Assembly (NCBI GenBank): GCA_023663635.1 | Contig: JAMPHD010000001.1 | Span: 390,383 to 454,382, forward strand | DNA length: 64,000 nucleotides | Reading direction: 5' to 3' | From: Acetatifactor muris | GTDB lineage: Bacteria > Bacillota > Clostridia > Lachnospirales > Lachnospiraceae | Shown here: piece by piece, positions 46,996-56,310 of the stretch | How positions within the stretch are numbered: position 1 is the stretch's first letter | How the letters are laid out: the number at the start of each line of letters is the position of its first letter | Notes under the pieces: model-generated | The model's database searches: none | The model's input: the letters and a program-made list of their open reading frames with translations, nothing else | What the model was told of the DNA's origin: nothing | Program-made: the position numbers and the translations under genes

Positions 46996-47267
46996 TTTAT
47001 ACCGTAAGGCCAACTTCCAGATTTCAAAAGGATTTAAAACGCATACAAAAAAGAGGATATGATATATCACTTTTAACAGATGTTATTAAGAAACTGGCTA
47101 ATGGAGAACAATTACCGGAGAAGAATAGAGACCATTTGCTTGGCGGAGATTATACTGACTGCAGGGAGTGTCATATTACACCTGATTGGCTGTTGATTTA
47201 TGAAATTAACAATGGGGAATTGTTACTATATCTGACAAGGACAGGAACGCATAGCGATTTATTTTAA
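46992..47267 (+). CDS. yafQ: type II toxin mRNA interferase, YafQ/RelE family
   Basis: It has the RelE/YafQ fold signature (...DYTDCRECHITPDWLLIYEI...) and overlaps the antitoxin stop. Confidence 0.78.
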   Translation: MIYTVRPTSRFQKDLKRIQKRGYDISLLTDVIKKLANGEQLPEKNRDHLLGGDYTDCRECHITPDWLLIYEINNGELLLYLTRTGTHSDLF

Positions 47268-47565
47268 AATAGCCATAAAGCATCAAGAAATGGGAATGCT
47301 TATGTAGAGGATAAATCAGCAGTGATAAGGGTAAATGAAATCTTTGATGGTGCCCTCTAAAATGTCTTTCAGCGCATCCCGGATATAAAAAGAATAATGT
47401 TTATACAAATAAACTTTTCACTTCAGAAAACATTTTCTAATCACGGATTTATATTGTATAGTTGTTCCCTATAAAACATAATATTACAAAAAGCGATATA
47501 GTAATTGCGAAGGGGCCGGTTGACATCGTAAATAAATTGATATACGAAAGGAAGAAGGTGAGAAT

Positions 47566-47838
47566 ATGGCTACTGTACAGACACAAATCAGAATAGAAGA
47601 AGATGTCAAAAAACAGGCTGTTGAGTAATTTAATCAACTTGGAATTGATATGTCCGGTGCAGTTAATATGTTTTTAAGGCAGGCTATTATGCGTGGTGGG
47701 TTTCCTTTTAGTGTAGAAATCCCTAAATATACCCAGGAAGTACTAGAAACTATGGAGGAGGCAAAACAAATTAGCAGAGATCCTAATACAAAGCGATATG
47801 GCAGTTTTGCGGAAACGCTGGAGGATATTGATTCATGA
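47566..47838 (+). pseudogene. second dinJ/relB antitoxin copy disrupted by an in-frame TAA after codon 20
   Basis: MATVQTQIRIEEDVKKQAVE is followed by a stop. It then continues in frame as FNQLGIDMSGAVNMFLRQAI..., homologous to the intact DinJ. Confidence 0.6.
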
Positions 47839-47919
47839 AATATGAATTAGTCCTTACAGGAAGATTTAAAAGAGGATTAAAACTTGCTAAGAAACGAGGA
47901 TTAAATAGATATATCTGAT
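47836..47919 (+). pseudogene. truncated yafQ/relE remnant (27 codons)
   Basis: MKYELVLTGRFKRGLKLAKKRGLNRYI is followed by a stop. It resembles a toxin N-terminus and directly follows the dinJ pseudogene. Confidence 0.4.
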
Positions 47920-47928
47920 AGAAGAAAA

Positions 47929-47962
47929 AGGAAACCCCTACATTCCGAGGTTTCCTTTTTTT
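47929..47962. terminator. bidirectional rho-independent terminator (hairpin flanked by an A run and a T run)
   Basis: The 8-bp stem aggaaacc / ggtttcct is followed by ttttttt on the plus strand and by a T run on the minus strand. Confidence 0.6.
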
Positions 47963-47964
47963 AC

Positions 47965-48048
47965 TGCGGAAGATGGGACTTGAACCCACACGGTATTGCT
48001 ACCACAAGATCCTTAGTCTTGCTCGTCTGCCAGTTCCGACACTTCCGC
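47965..48048 (-). tRNA. tRNA-Leu (anticodon UAG) with a long variable arm
   Basis: Reverse-complement cloverleaf: a 7-bp acceptor stem GCGGAAG/CTTCCGC, an anticodon loop CTTAGGA, a long variable arm, and a T arm GGTTCAAGTCC. Confidence 0.82.
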
Positions 48049-48068
48049 TCACGCATCGCGCAAATACA

Positions 48069-48097
48069 ATATTAGCATCATCCCGATGAAAAGTCAA
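48069..48097 (-). promoter_or_regulatory. promoter for tRNA-Leu (TTGACT, 17-nt spacer, TAATAT on the minus strand)
   Basis: Direct read of the reverse complement immediately upstream of the tRNA 5' end. Confidence 0.5.
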
Positions 48098-48305
48098 GTC
48101 CTTCTTGTGTTTTATGGCGGATATGATATAATAGCCGCAGGGGAAAATCAAGCGCCCCTGAAAGGGGCATTTGATTTTCCCGCGGCATTAACGAGCAAGC
48201 GTCCGATGAAATCGGACAAAGAGCACTGAAAGTGCGGGCTTGCGAGTTTAGATCAAGGCATGAAACGGCTGCAAGGCCGACAATGTCGGATACGGGAGCG
48301 ATACA

Positions 48306-48812
48306 ATGGACAAAGACTCAAAGAGACTGCAGATCAGGCGGGCTGAAACCGGAGACCTGAGCAGGATCCTGGAAATATATGCGCAGGCGAGGGTTTTTCA
48401 GAGGGAACATGGCAATCCCGACCAATGGGCGGGCGGCTACCCGCAGCGGGAGATATTGGAGGAAGATCTGAGTTTGGGCAGACTCTATGTGGTGGTCCAA
48501 GACGAGGAGATTCGGGCGGTCTTCATGTTCATGCTCGATCCGGAACCCACCTATGAAGTGATTTATGAAGGCGACTGGCCGGACAGTCTTCCCTACGGGA
48601 CCATGCACAGGCTGGCTTCCGATGGCAGGGAGCGGGGGATCGGCAGGGTGGTCTTTGAATGGTGCGCGCAGCGCTGTCCGCGCCTGAGAGTCGATACGCA
48701 TCGGGACAATCTGCCGATGCAGCGCGCGGTGGAAAAATACGGTTTCCGCTATTGCGGGATCATTCGGTTGGCCGACGGCTCGGAGCGGTTGGCCTATCAG
48801 TTTACAAGGTGA
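48306..48812 (+). CDS. GNAT-family N-acetyltransferase
   Basis: The acetyl-CoA-binding motif region (RxxGxGxxV...) is present. The gene is 168 aa. Confidence 0.75.
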   Translation: MDKDSKRLQIRRAETGDLSRILEIYAQARVFQREHGNPDQWAGGYPQREILEEDLSLGRLYVVVQDEEIRAVFMFMLDPEPTYEVIYEGDWPDSLPYGTMHRLASDGRERGIGRVVFEWCAQRCPRLRVDTHRDNLPMQRAVEKYGFRYCGIIRLADGSERLAYQFTR

Positions 48813-48816
48813 AGGG

Positions 48817-49692
48817 ATGAATGAGAAACGTTTGAGGCAGGCATCCAAGATCAGATATATTACTGCCGTATTTTTGTATGGTACGATCGGGCTGATGGTG
48901 CACTATATCAATCTGCCCTCGGAAGTGATCGTTCTGTGCAGGGGCGTGATCGGCACGTTTTTCATATTATGTTATACGGGGCTTACCGGGAGGCGGCTCG
49001 ACCGGAAGGCGGTCAGAAGCAATCTGCCATGGTTGATCCTGTCGGGAATCTGTCTGGGTTTGAACTGGGTCTTTCTGTTTGCGGCATACCGATACACCAC
49101 GGTGGCGGTGGCCAGTCTGTGCAATTATATGGCACCCATTATTGTCATCTTTCTGTCTCCGTTTCTGTTTCATGAGAAATTGGGAGGAAAGAAACTGCTC
49201 TGCGTGTTTTCGGCGTTTGCGGGCATTGTGTTGGTATCGGGAGTCGGAGCGGGCGGCGGAGCGGATATCCGGCGCGGCGGAGTGGCGCTGGGGCTTGCGG
49301 CAGCGGCCTGTTTTGTGGGATTGGTCCTGTGCAACAGGAAAATGCGAAATTTGTCGGCCTATGACAAGGCCTTGGTGCAACTCGGCGTCTCCGCGGCCAC
49401 GGTGTTGCCATATGTTATTTTTAACAACTATGGCACCGGACTGCATCCGGACCATCGCTCCGCGCTGTTGGTCCTGATCCTTGGGGTGGTTCATACGGGC
49501 ATGGCATATTGCCTGTATTTCGGCTCATTGGGGGAATTGCCGGTACAGACGATCTCGATCTTGGGCTATATTGAGCCGGTGGTCTCCGTGCTGAGTTCGG
49601 CGCTGATCCTGCGGGAGCCGCTCTCCGCGGGCAGTATGGTGGGAGCGGTCCTGATCATCGGGGCGGCTGTGGCAAGTGAGATGATATCATGA
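48817..49692 (+). CDS. EamA/DMT-family transporter
   Basis: It has 10 predicted TM helices and duplicated EamA domains. Confidence 0.78.
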   Translation: MNEKRLRQASKIRYITAVFLYGTIGLMVHYINLPSEVIVLCRGVIGTFFILCYTGLTGRRLDRKAVRSNLPWLILSGICLGLNWVFLFAAYRYTTVAVASLCNYMAPIIVIFLSPFLFHEKLGGKKLLCVFSAFAGIVLVSGVGAGGGADIRRGGVALGLAAAACFVGLVLCNRKMRNLSAYDKALVQLGVSAATVLPYVIFNNYGTGLHPDHRSALLVLILGVVHTGMAYCLYFGSLGELPVQTISILGYIEPVVSVLSSALILREPLSAGSMVGAVLIIGAAVASEMIS

Positions 49693-49782
49693 CCATATGC
49701 AGGGTAGGAAACGGTCGGATGGACATCCGGTATAAATGACGCAGCAATTTATGATCGCGTAAAACGAAGGGAGAAAAGGACG

Positions 49783-50163
49783 ATGCAAAACACGGATCTG
49801 ACAAAATTTTTTCGCAGTGTGATCGAACAGGACAGGTGCGCCGTGGTCATCTGTAATCTGGCGCATGAGATCATTTATATGAATCCTGCGGCCATATCGA
49901 GATATGCGCGGCGGGGAGGCGCAAAGCTGTTGGGGCAAAATCTTTTGGACTGCCACAACGCGGAGTCCGGGCGGCGGATTGAGGAAGTGGTCGCCTGGTT
50001 TCGGGAGAGCGCGGATCACAACCTGGTATACACTTCGCACAACGCAAAGGAGAATAAGGATGTCTATATGGTGGCGCTGCGGGATGAAGACGGGACATTG
50101 ATCGGATATTACGAAAAACATGAATACCGGGATCCCGAACAGGGAGAATTCTATCACTTTTAA
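49783..50163 (+). CDS. small PAS-like sensor domain protein (hypothetical)
   Basis: It is 126 aa, and its pattern is PAS-fold-like (...IIYMNPAAISRY...). The call is tentative. Confidence 0.4.
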   Translation: MQNTDLTKFFRSVIEQDRCAVVICNLAHEIIYMNPAAISRYARRGGAKLLGQNLLDCHNAESGRRIEEVVAWFRESADHNLVYTSHNAKENKDVYMVALRDEDGTLIGYYEKHEYRDPEQGEFYHF

Positions 50164-50193
50164 TTTCATTTTAACTTAAAATACCAAAAGAGG

Positions 50194-50658
50194 ATGCGGT
50201 GGCAAGGGTATTTGCGGGGGGAACAGATGAATACGCGCGATGACTATGGAGAGGCTTGGGACGGTTTTGACAGACAGACGCATATATATGATGAGCGGGC
50301 GGAAAAAAGCCGGCAGACCCGGGTGTGGGTCGTGTTGACCTGTGTGATGGTATTTATGCTGCTTTTTCTTATCTTCGATCAGGTGAAGGAGAGTCGGCTG
50401 ATGCGCACGGGCAATAAGCTGGAGGCGATCTATGATGCGGATAGGCAGCATGCCCGATTCCGGATAGACGGGAGCGAATATCATATCGTGGACCTGAGCG
50501 GTTATTATCCGGTGCGTGAGGGCGATAAAGTGTGGCTGTATTATTATGAGGATCCCGACCGTTCGAGACCGCAGAATACTTTGGCGTCCAAGGTGTTCTA
50601 TTATGTTTTTTTCGGGAGTCTGTTGGGCATCTGCATATGGAGGATCCGGAAGGCGTGA
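50194..50658 (+). CDS. membrane protein (DUF3592-like?)
   Basis: One or two TM helices are followed by a beta-rich domain. Confidence 0.4.
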   Translation: MRWQGYLRGEQMNTRDDYGEAWDGFDRQTHIYDERAEKSRQTRVWVVLTCVMVFMLLFLIFDQVKESRLMRTGNKLEAIYDADRQHARFRIDGSEYHIVDLSGYYPVREGDKVWLYYYEDPDRSRPQNTLASKVFYYVFFGSLLGICIWRIRKA

Positions 50659-50682
50659 GTTGGGTGAGTTGGAATCAAGAAT

Positions 50683-53280
50683 ATGACGCGGGAGGTAGCG
50701 GGAGTGAGGAAAATCCGAAACGGTACAACACGATTTCTGTTGCGCAGTCTTATCTTTTTGGTACTGATATGTGTCGCTATATTTACATTTTTGGGCATTT
50801 ATATGAACAGGAGAAGCGCGGAGACCATCAAGGAAGTCGGGACGTATTATATGACCGGCATCAGCGAGCAGGTTTCGGGGCATTTTGAGACTGCCATCGG
50901 CCTTCGCCTGGAGCAGGTGGAGGCGCTCACCTATGCGATCCGTCCGGAGGAGAATGCCAATATGGAGGATCTGAAAGCGACGCTGTCCCATAACGCGCGG
51001 GCGAGAGATCTGCAATATCTGGCATTCTATTCCGCGGACGGCGATTTCGAGATGATCTATGGCGATGTCCTGGAGGTGATGGATCCCGAGCCCTTTATAA
51101 ATTCACTGGATCATGGCGATAAGAAAGTGGCGATCGGCACGAACGGTCAGGGAGAAAGGGTGATCCTGTTGGGCATACCTTCCCAATATCCCATGGAGAA
51201 CGGTGAGAGCAGTATCGCTTTGGTGGCGGGGATTCCCACGGAATATATTACGGAGACCTTGTCTTTGGAGGAGAACGATCAAAATGTCTACTCCTTTATC
51301 ATCTGGCGGGACGGCAGCTATATCATTCGCACCTACGACGAATACAGAAATAACTATTTTGAGAGGGTGCGGGCTCTGTATGTCGATGTGGATGGCAGGA
51401 ACGTGGAGCAGTACCTGACGGAATTGCAGGAGGCCATGGATAATCACGAGGACTATTCCTCGGAATTTAGTCTGGAGGGGGAACCGCGGCATCTGTACTG
51501 CACGAGTCTGCCTTACTCGGAGTGGTATCTGTTGACTTTCATGCCCTATAGCGCATTGAATAAGACGATCAGCAGATTGAGCCTGCGTCAGACCGTCACT
51601 GCGCTGGCGGGATGTGCTTTGATCCTGGGGATTTTTGGCTTTCTGTTCTCACGTTATTTTAAGATGACGAGAAGGCAGGTGTTGGCGTTGGAGGAGGCGC
51701 GTGAAAAGGCGGAGCAGGCCCAGCGGGCGGCGGAACAGGCCAACAGGGCAAAGAGTGAATTTCTTGCCAACATGAGCCACGATATACGCACCCCCATGAA
51801 TGCCATTGTGGGATTGACGGTGATCGCCACATCCGATATAGACAATAAGCAGCATGTGCAGGAGTGCCTGAAGAAGATCACACTGTCCGGCAAACATCTG
51901 TTGGGCATCATCAATGATGTGTTGGATATGTCCAAGATCGAGAGTGGGAAGATGACCTTAAATTATGATCTGGTGTCGCTGAGGGAACTTTTGGACAGTC
52001 TGGTCAATATCGTGCAGCCGCAGGTCACGGCCAAAAAGCAGAAGTTTGATGTGTTCATTCATGACATTTCCGTGGAAAATGTGTGCAGTGACGGCGTCAG
52101 ATTGAATCAGGTTCTGCTCAATCTGTTGTCCAATGCGGTCAAATTCACACCGGAGGGCGGCTCCATTCATGTGGCCCTGTACGAGGAGGAATCTCCCAAG
52201 GGAGAGGAGTATATCCGCACGCATTTTAGAGTGAAGGACACCGGAATCGGCATGTCGGAGGAGTTCAGGCAGCATGTCTTTGAGTCCTTTGAGCGGGAGG
52301 ACAGTGCCCGGGTACACGGAACGGAGGGAACGGGCCTGGGGATGGCCATCACCAAATATATCGTGGATGCCATGGAGGGTACCATTGAGGTGGAGAGCAG
52401 TCAGGGGCAGGGAACAGAGTTTCATGTCACATTGGATCTGCAAAAAGAAGAGATGACAGAGGCGGATATGATTCTGCCCAATTGGAATGTGTTGGTGGTG
52501 GACGATGACAGACAGCTCTGTGAGAGCACGATGAAGTCCCTGAAGGCTATCGGTATTGACGCGGACTGGACATTGGACGGCGAGAGCGCCATACGGATGG
52601 TGGATGAGCATCACCGACAAAATGACGACTATCGCATTATCCTGTTGGATTGGAAACTTCCGGGGATAGACGGCATGACTACCGCTGCGGAATTGCGCCG
52701 GCATCTGGAGGATGATGTCCCCATTCTGCTGATCTCCGCTTACGATTGGAGTGAGATCGAGGAGGATGCCAGAGCAGCGGGGATCACCGGGTTTATCTCC
52801 AAGCCCTTATTCAAGTCCACCCTGTTCTACGGATTGCGTCCTTTTATGGGGGATTTGGCGAAACTGCCGGAGGAGTCTGACAGGGCAAAGCCGGATCTGA
52901 GCGGCAGGAAGATTCTGTTGGCGGAGGATCTGGAGTTAAACTGGGAGATAGCGCGGGAGTTGCTGTCGAGTGTGGGTTTGGAACCGGATTGGGCGGAGAA
53001 CGGACAGATCTGTGTGGATATGTTCCGCAATTCCGAGCCGGGGTATTATGACGCGATATTGATGGATGTGCGTATGCCTGTCATGGGAGGCTATGAGGCG
53101 GCGAAAACCATCCGCGGTCTGGACAGACCGGACGCGGCAAAGATACCGATCATTGCCATGACGGCGGACGCTTTTGCCGAAGATATCCAAAGGAGTCTGG
53201 AGGCGGGGATGAACGCGCATACAGCCAAGCCCATCGACCTGAAGGAGGTAGTCGGACTTTTGGAGAAATTTATGGATTAG
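50683..53280 (+). CDS. hybrid sensor histidine kinase with an extracellular sensing domain, HisKA/HATPase and two receiver domains
   Basis: The H-box MSHDIRTPMNAIVG, N/G boxes, and two REC domains (VLVVDDD... and KILLAEDLELN...) with conserved Asp are present. Confidence 0.85.
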   Translation: MTREVAGVRKIRNGTTRFLLRSLIFLVLICVAIFTFLGIYMNRRSAETIKEVGTYYMTGISEQVSGHFETAIGLRLEQVEALTYAIRPEENANMEDLKATLSHNARARDLQYLAFYSADGDFEMIYGDVLEVMDPEPFINSLDHGDKKVAIGTNGQGERVILLGIPSQYPMENGESSIALVAGIPTEYITETLSLEENDQNVYSFIIWRDGSYIIRTYDEYRNNYFERVRALYVDVDGRNVEQYLTELQEAMDNHEDYSSEFSLEGEPRHLYCTSLPYSEWYLLTFMPYSALNKTISRLSLRQTVTALAGCALILGIFGFLFSRYFKMTRRQVLALEEAREKAEQAQRAAEQANRAKSEFLANMSHDIRTPMNAIVGLTVIATSDIDNKQHVQECLKKITLSGKHLLGIINDVLDMSKIESGKMTLNYDLVSLRELLDSLVNIVQPQVTAKKQKFDVFIHDISVENVCSDGVRLNQVLLNLLSNAVKFTPEGGSIHVALYEEESPKGEEYIRTHFRVKDTGIGMSEEFRQHVFESFEREDSARVHGTEGTGLGMAITKYIVDAMEGTIEVESSQGQGTEFHVTLDLQKEEMTEADMILPNWNVLVVDDDRQLCESTMKSLKAIGIDADWTLDGESAIRMVDEHHRQNDDYRIILLDWKLPGIDGMTTAAELRRHLEDDVPILLISAYDWSEIEEDARAAGITGFISKPLFKSTLFYGLRPFMGDLAKLPEESDRAKPDLSGRKILLAEDLELNWEIARELLSSVGLEPDWAENGQICVDMFRNSEPGYYDAILMDVRMPVMGGYEAAKTIRGLDRPDAAKIPIIAMTADAFAEDIQRSLEAGMNAHTAKPIDLKEVVGLLEKFMD

Positions 53281-53325
53281 ACCGCGGATAGAGCTGCGAA
53301 CGGGACCGTGCATCAGACAACAGAC

Positions 53326-54084
53326 TTATCGGATCAGCATTTCCTGCAGCATATTCATGTCCCCGCGAAACATATTCAGATCAATGTATCGCTCCGGGCC
53401 GGAATAGCCGGGCAGTTGTCCGCGGTTGGTGTACTGCCAGAAATCCCATTCCCTGTCAATCCGGGGCGGTGTCAGGACGCTGCGGATCCATAAGGGGTAT
53501 TCTTCATAGGAGCCTTTCAGAAAGTGGTCATAGGCTTCCAGGGTAGTATATATAATGGGTTTTGTGCCATAGAATTCCTCCGCTGTGAGCAGGAACGCGT
53601 CCAGTTCCTCTCTGACATCGGAGGAATTGGTATTTTGTGCATTATAGTTGCCGTAAAATTCAATGTCAACCACCGGGGGCAGCATATTTTTCTTGAGAGG
53701 AACGGTTTGTGTAAAATGAGCTGCCTGGCTTTCGCCGGGACTCTCAAAACTGAAAAAGTGGTAGGCGCCCACGAGCAGATCCGTTTGAAAGGCCTGTTCC
53801 CAATTTTGGGAAAAATTGGGATCCACATGGCTGCTGCCCTCCGTGGCCTTGATAAACGCAAAAGAAATATCCTGACAGGATAGCACATCCCATTGGATCG
53901 CGCCCTGGTATCGGGACACATCGCATCCCGTGATATCTGTTTCGCTGATATAGAAATTGTTGGGGATGACGGCTCCCGTACAGACCATGCGGGTAATGCC
54001 GAGCGCGCCCCCGACGGCGATGGCGGCGAGGACCGGAAACCCTATGAGAAACCGAATGATCCTTTTCTTCCTGTTTGTTTTCAT
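53326..54084 (-). CDS. GH25-family muramidase (lysozyme), membrane-anchored
   Basis: The DVSRYQG...FAFIKATEG...GAYHF motifs of GH25 are present. There is an N-terminal TM anchor. Confidence 0.8.
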   Translation of the reverse strand: MKTNRKKRIIRFLIGFPVLAAIAVGGALGITRMVCTGAVIPNNFYISETDITGCDVSRYQGAIQWDVLSCQDISFAFIKATEGSSHVDPNFSQNWEQAFQTDLLVGAYHFFSFESPGESQAAHFTQTVPLKKNMLPPVVDIEFYGNYNAQNTNSSDVREELDAFLLTAEEFYGTKPIIYTTLEAYDHFLKGSYEEYPLWIRSVLTPPRIDREWDFWQYTNRGQLPGYSGPERYIDLNMFRGDMNMLQEMLIR

Positions 54085-54124
54085 ATCCGTGTCTTTCTGT
54101 CGGCAGATGATGCGGCACAGGGAG

Positions 54125-54877
54125 TCATTGCAGAGACTGTCTCAACCGGTCAAGCTCTGCTTTCAGAGCGGCGATTTCACCGTTCTTGGTCGCAAGCTCA
54201 TTGTTCTTGGCGGCAACCTGATCGGTCAGGGTGGCAAGCTCTTCCTGCATGTCATCGATCATCAAGCGGATGGTGTTGCGGTCTGCAATGGCAAGTGCCT
54301 CTGAATACATATGAATCAACTCCTTTGGATTCGTCCTAAACTCCGCAATTTCGCGATACAGCTCACGAAATTCAGGGTACGCCGTGATCAGTGCAATGAT
54401 GTCGGCGGGCTCATCGGAACTGAAGAAAGTGAGCCATGCCTGTAATCGGTTACTTATATTGTGAACGGAGTTTTTGAATGTGTCAAGGGAAATATATTTG
54501 ATCTTAAAAAGAGATGTGACCGCTGCGCCGCTGTCATATTGGCTCTGTTCCGTGTGTATAAAAGCAGGAGCCACCTGTTTGAAAGGGGTGGAGCTGTGTT
54601 CCATGAGAATGATGAGATAGAAAGGTTTTATCTCCCTGTAGCTGAAACGTTCCTTTAAGCGATTTTTGAGCTCCGTGTACTGCCGCATGATGGCATCCGC
54701 GGCGTAACAGCTGCTGCGTTCACCTGGAAAGTAGAGGCCGAGTTTTTGCATCTCCACATTCACCCGTGAGCCGTCGGAGAGCTGAAGGAGAATATCCATG
54801 ATGATGAGTCCGGCCTCGTCGGCCATGCGGATTCCCTCCCGAGGGAGGACCTTTTCAATATGTACCCGGTCCTCCAT
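54125..54877 (-). CDS. Rpn-family (PD-(D/E)XK, transposase_31-like) recombination-promoting nuclease homolog, apparently N-terminally truncated
   Basis: The core ...MDILLQLSDGSRVNVEMQ... resembles Rpn motif II/III. The upstream in-frame sequence hits a stop within 23 codons, so the N-terminal motif is missing. Confidence 0.5.
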   Translation of the reverse strand: MEDRVHIEKVLPREGIRMADEAGLIIMDILLQLSDGSRVNVEMQKLGLYFPGERSSCYAADAIMRQYTELKNRLKERFSYREIKPFYLIILMEHSSTPFKQVAPAFIHTEQSQYDSGAAVTSLFKIKYISLDTFKNSVHNISNRLQAWLTFFSSDEPADIIALITAYPEFRELYREIAEFRTNPKELIHMYSEALAIADRNTIRLMIDDMQEELATLTDQVAAKNNELATKNGEIAALKAELDRLRQSLQ

Positions 54878-54983
54878 CAGCGCGGACAGAAAATCTTCAA
54901 GCCGTTCAAGGGCATCCTCCGGGGAACAGCCCGTTGACCGGATTGGTCAGATGGGTGAGAGAATGTAGGGAATCCCCTACCTC

Positions 54984-55051
54984 GAATAAGGTCATTATAT
55001 CATGGATGGCCATTCGGCCGTTCCCTGCTTTGAATAAGGTCATTATATCAT
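54984..55051 (+). repeat. two 20-bp direct repeats GAATAAGGTCATTATATCAT separated by 28 bp (starts 48 bp apart)
   Basis: Direct read. They lie upstream of the truncated Rpn gene and of the aldo/keto reductase gene. Confidence 0.6.
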
Positions 55052-55238
55052 ATGGGAAAGTATTTGCAAGTAAAAGATAAAAATCCGAAAAAAGATAAAA
55101 CTCCGAAAAAACCCGGAAAAATCGGCAAGATAGGGTGTTGTGGCTAATCCAAAATAATGCTATGATAAGGTAACGGGATTGTTTGGGAGATATCCGAAAC
55201 AACGGAAAAATAGGAATACGGAAAGGCAGGATATCGGG

Positions 55239-56264
55239 ATGAGAGAGATCACATTGGGTTCCACAGGCATCACCGCCGCGCAGAATGCTTTCGGCGCATT
55301 GCCGATACAGCGCGTGGACAAAGATACCGCGGTGCGGATTCTGCGCAGAGCCTATGAGGGCGGTATGCGTTTTTTTGACACGGCCAGAGCTTACAGCGAC
55401 AGCGAGGAGAAGATGGGCGCCGCCTTTGGCGATATGAGGGATAAGATTTATATTGCCACCAAGACCATGGCCAAGACTCCGGAGGAATTTTGGCAGCAGT
55501 TGGATGAGTCTCTCGAAAGACTGCGCACGGATCATATCGACCTGTATCAGTTTCACTGTGTCAACCGCTGTTACGCGCCGGGGGACGGCACGGGGATGTA
55601 CGAATGTATGTTGGAGGCCAAGGCGCAAGGCAGGATCCGCCATATCGGCGTGACGGCCCACAAGCTGCAGGTGGCTTTTGACTGTGTAAAATCGGGATTG
55701 TATGAGACATTGCAGTTCCCGTTCAGCTATCTGTCATCTCCGCGGGAAGTGGAGTTGGTGGAGGCATGTAAAGAGGCGGATATGGGCTTTATCGCCATGA
55801 AAGGTTTGGCGGGCGGTCTGATTCATAACTCCGAGGCGGCCATGGCTTTTATGACTCAATTTGACAATGTGCTGCCCATCTGGGGCGTACAGCGGATGGA
55901 GGAACTGGAGGAATGGTTGGCGTTCATGGACAGGACTCCGGAGTACGATGAGGAGATCAGAGCCTATATTGAGAAAGAACGGGGAGAGTTGGCGGGAGAC
56001 TTCTGTCGCGGATGCGGTTATTGTATGCCCTGTCCCGCCGGCATCATGATCAATCAGTGCGCCAGAATGTCCCTGATGCTGCGCAGGGCACCCTCGGCCA
56101 ATTGGCTGTCTGAGAATATGCAGTCGGAGATGGCCAAGATTGAGCAGTGCTTAAACTGCGGACAATGCAAGAGCAAATGTCCGTATGAGTTGGATACGCC
56201 GGAGCTCCTGCGCAAGAATCTGGCGGACTACAAGAGAGTACTGGCGGGGGAAGTGACCGTATAA
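55239..56264 (+). CDS. aldo/keto reductase with a C-terminal Cys-rich (Fe-S ferredoxin-like) domain
   Basis: The AKR core has D...Y...K...H features. The C-terminus reads CRGCGYCMPCP...CLNCGQCKSKCP. Confidence 0.78.
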   Translation: MREITLGSTGITAAQNAFGALPIQRVDKDTAVRILRRAYEGGMRFFDTARAYSDSEEKMGAAFGDMRDKIYIATKTMAKTPEEFWQQLDESLERLRTDHIDLYQFHCVNRCYAPGDGTGMYECMLEAKAQGRIRHIGVTAHKLQVAFDCVKSGLYETLQFPFSYLSSPREVELVEACKEADMGFIAMKGLAGGLIHNSEAAMAFMTQFDNVLPIWGVQRMEELEEWLAFMDRTPEYDEEIRAYIEKERGELAGDFCRGCGYCMPCPAGIMINQCARMSLMLRRAPSANWLSENMQSEMAKIEQCLNCGQCKSKCPYELDTPELLRKNLADYKRVLAGEVTV

Positions 56265-56310
56265 AGGCGAGTGAGTATATAGAAACGGATGATGGTGTAG
56301 GAGAATATCA

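Noticed and set aside
54906-55661. 251-aa minus-strand ORF
   Set aside because: It is antisense to the aldo/keto reductase. Its C-terminus is just the translation of the 20-bp direct repeats (DIMTLF...DIMTLF).
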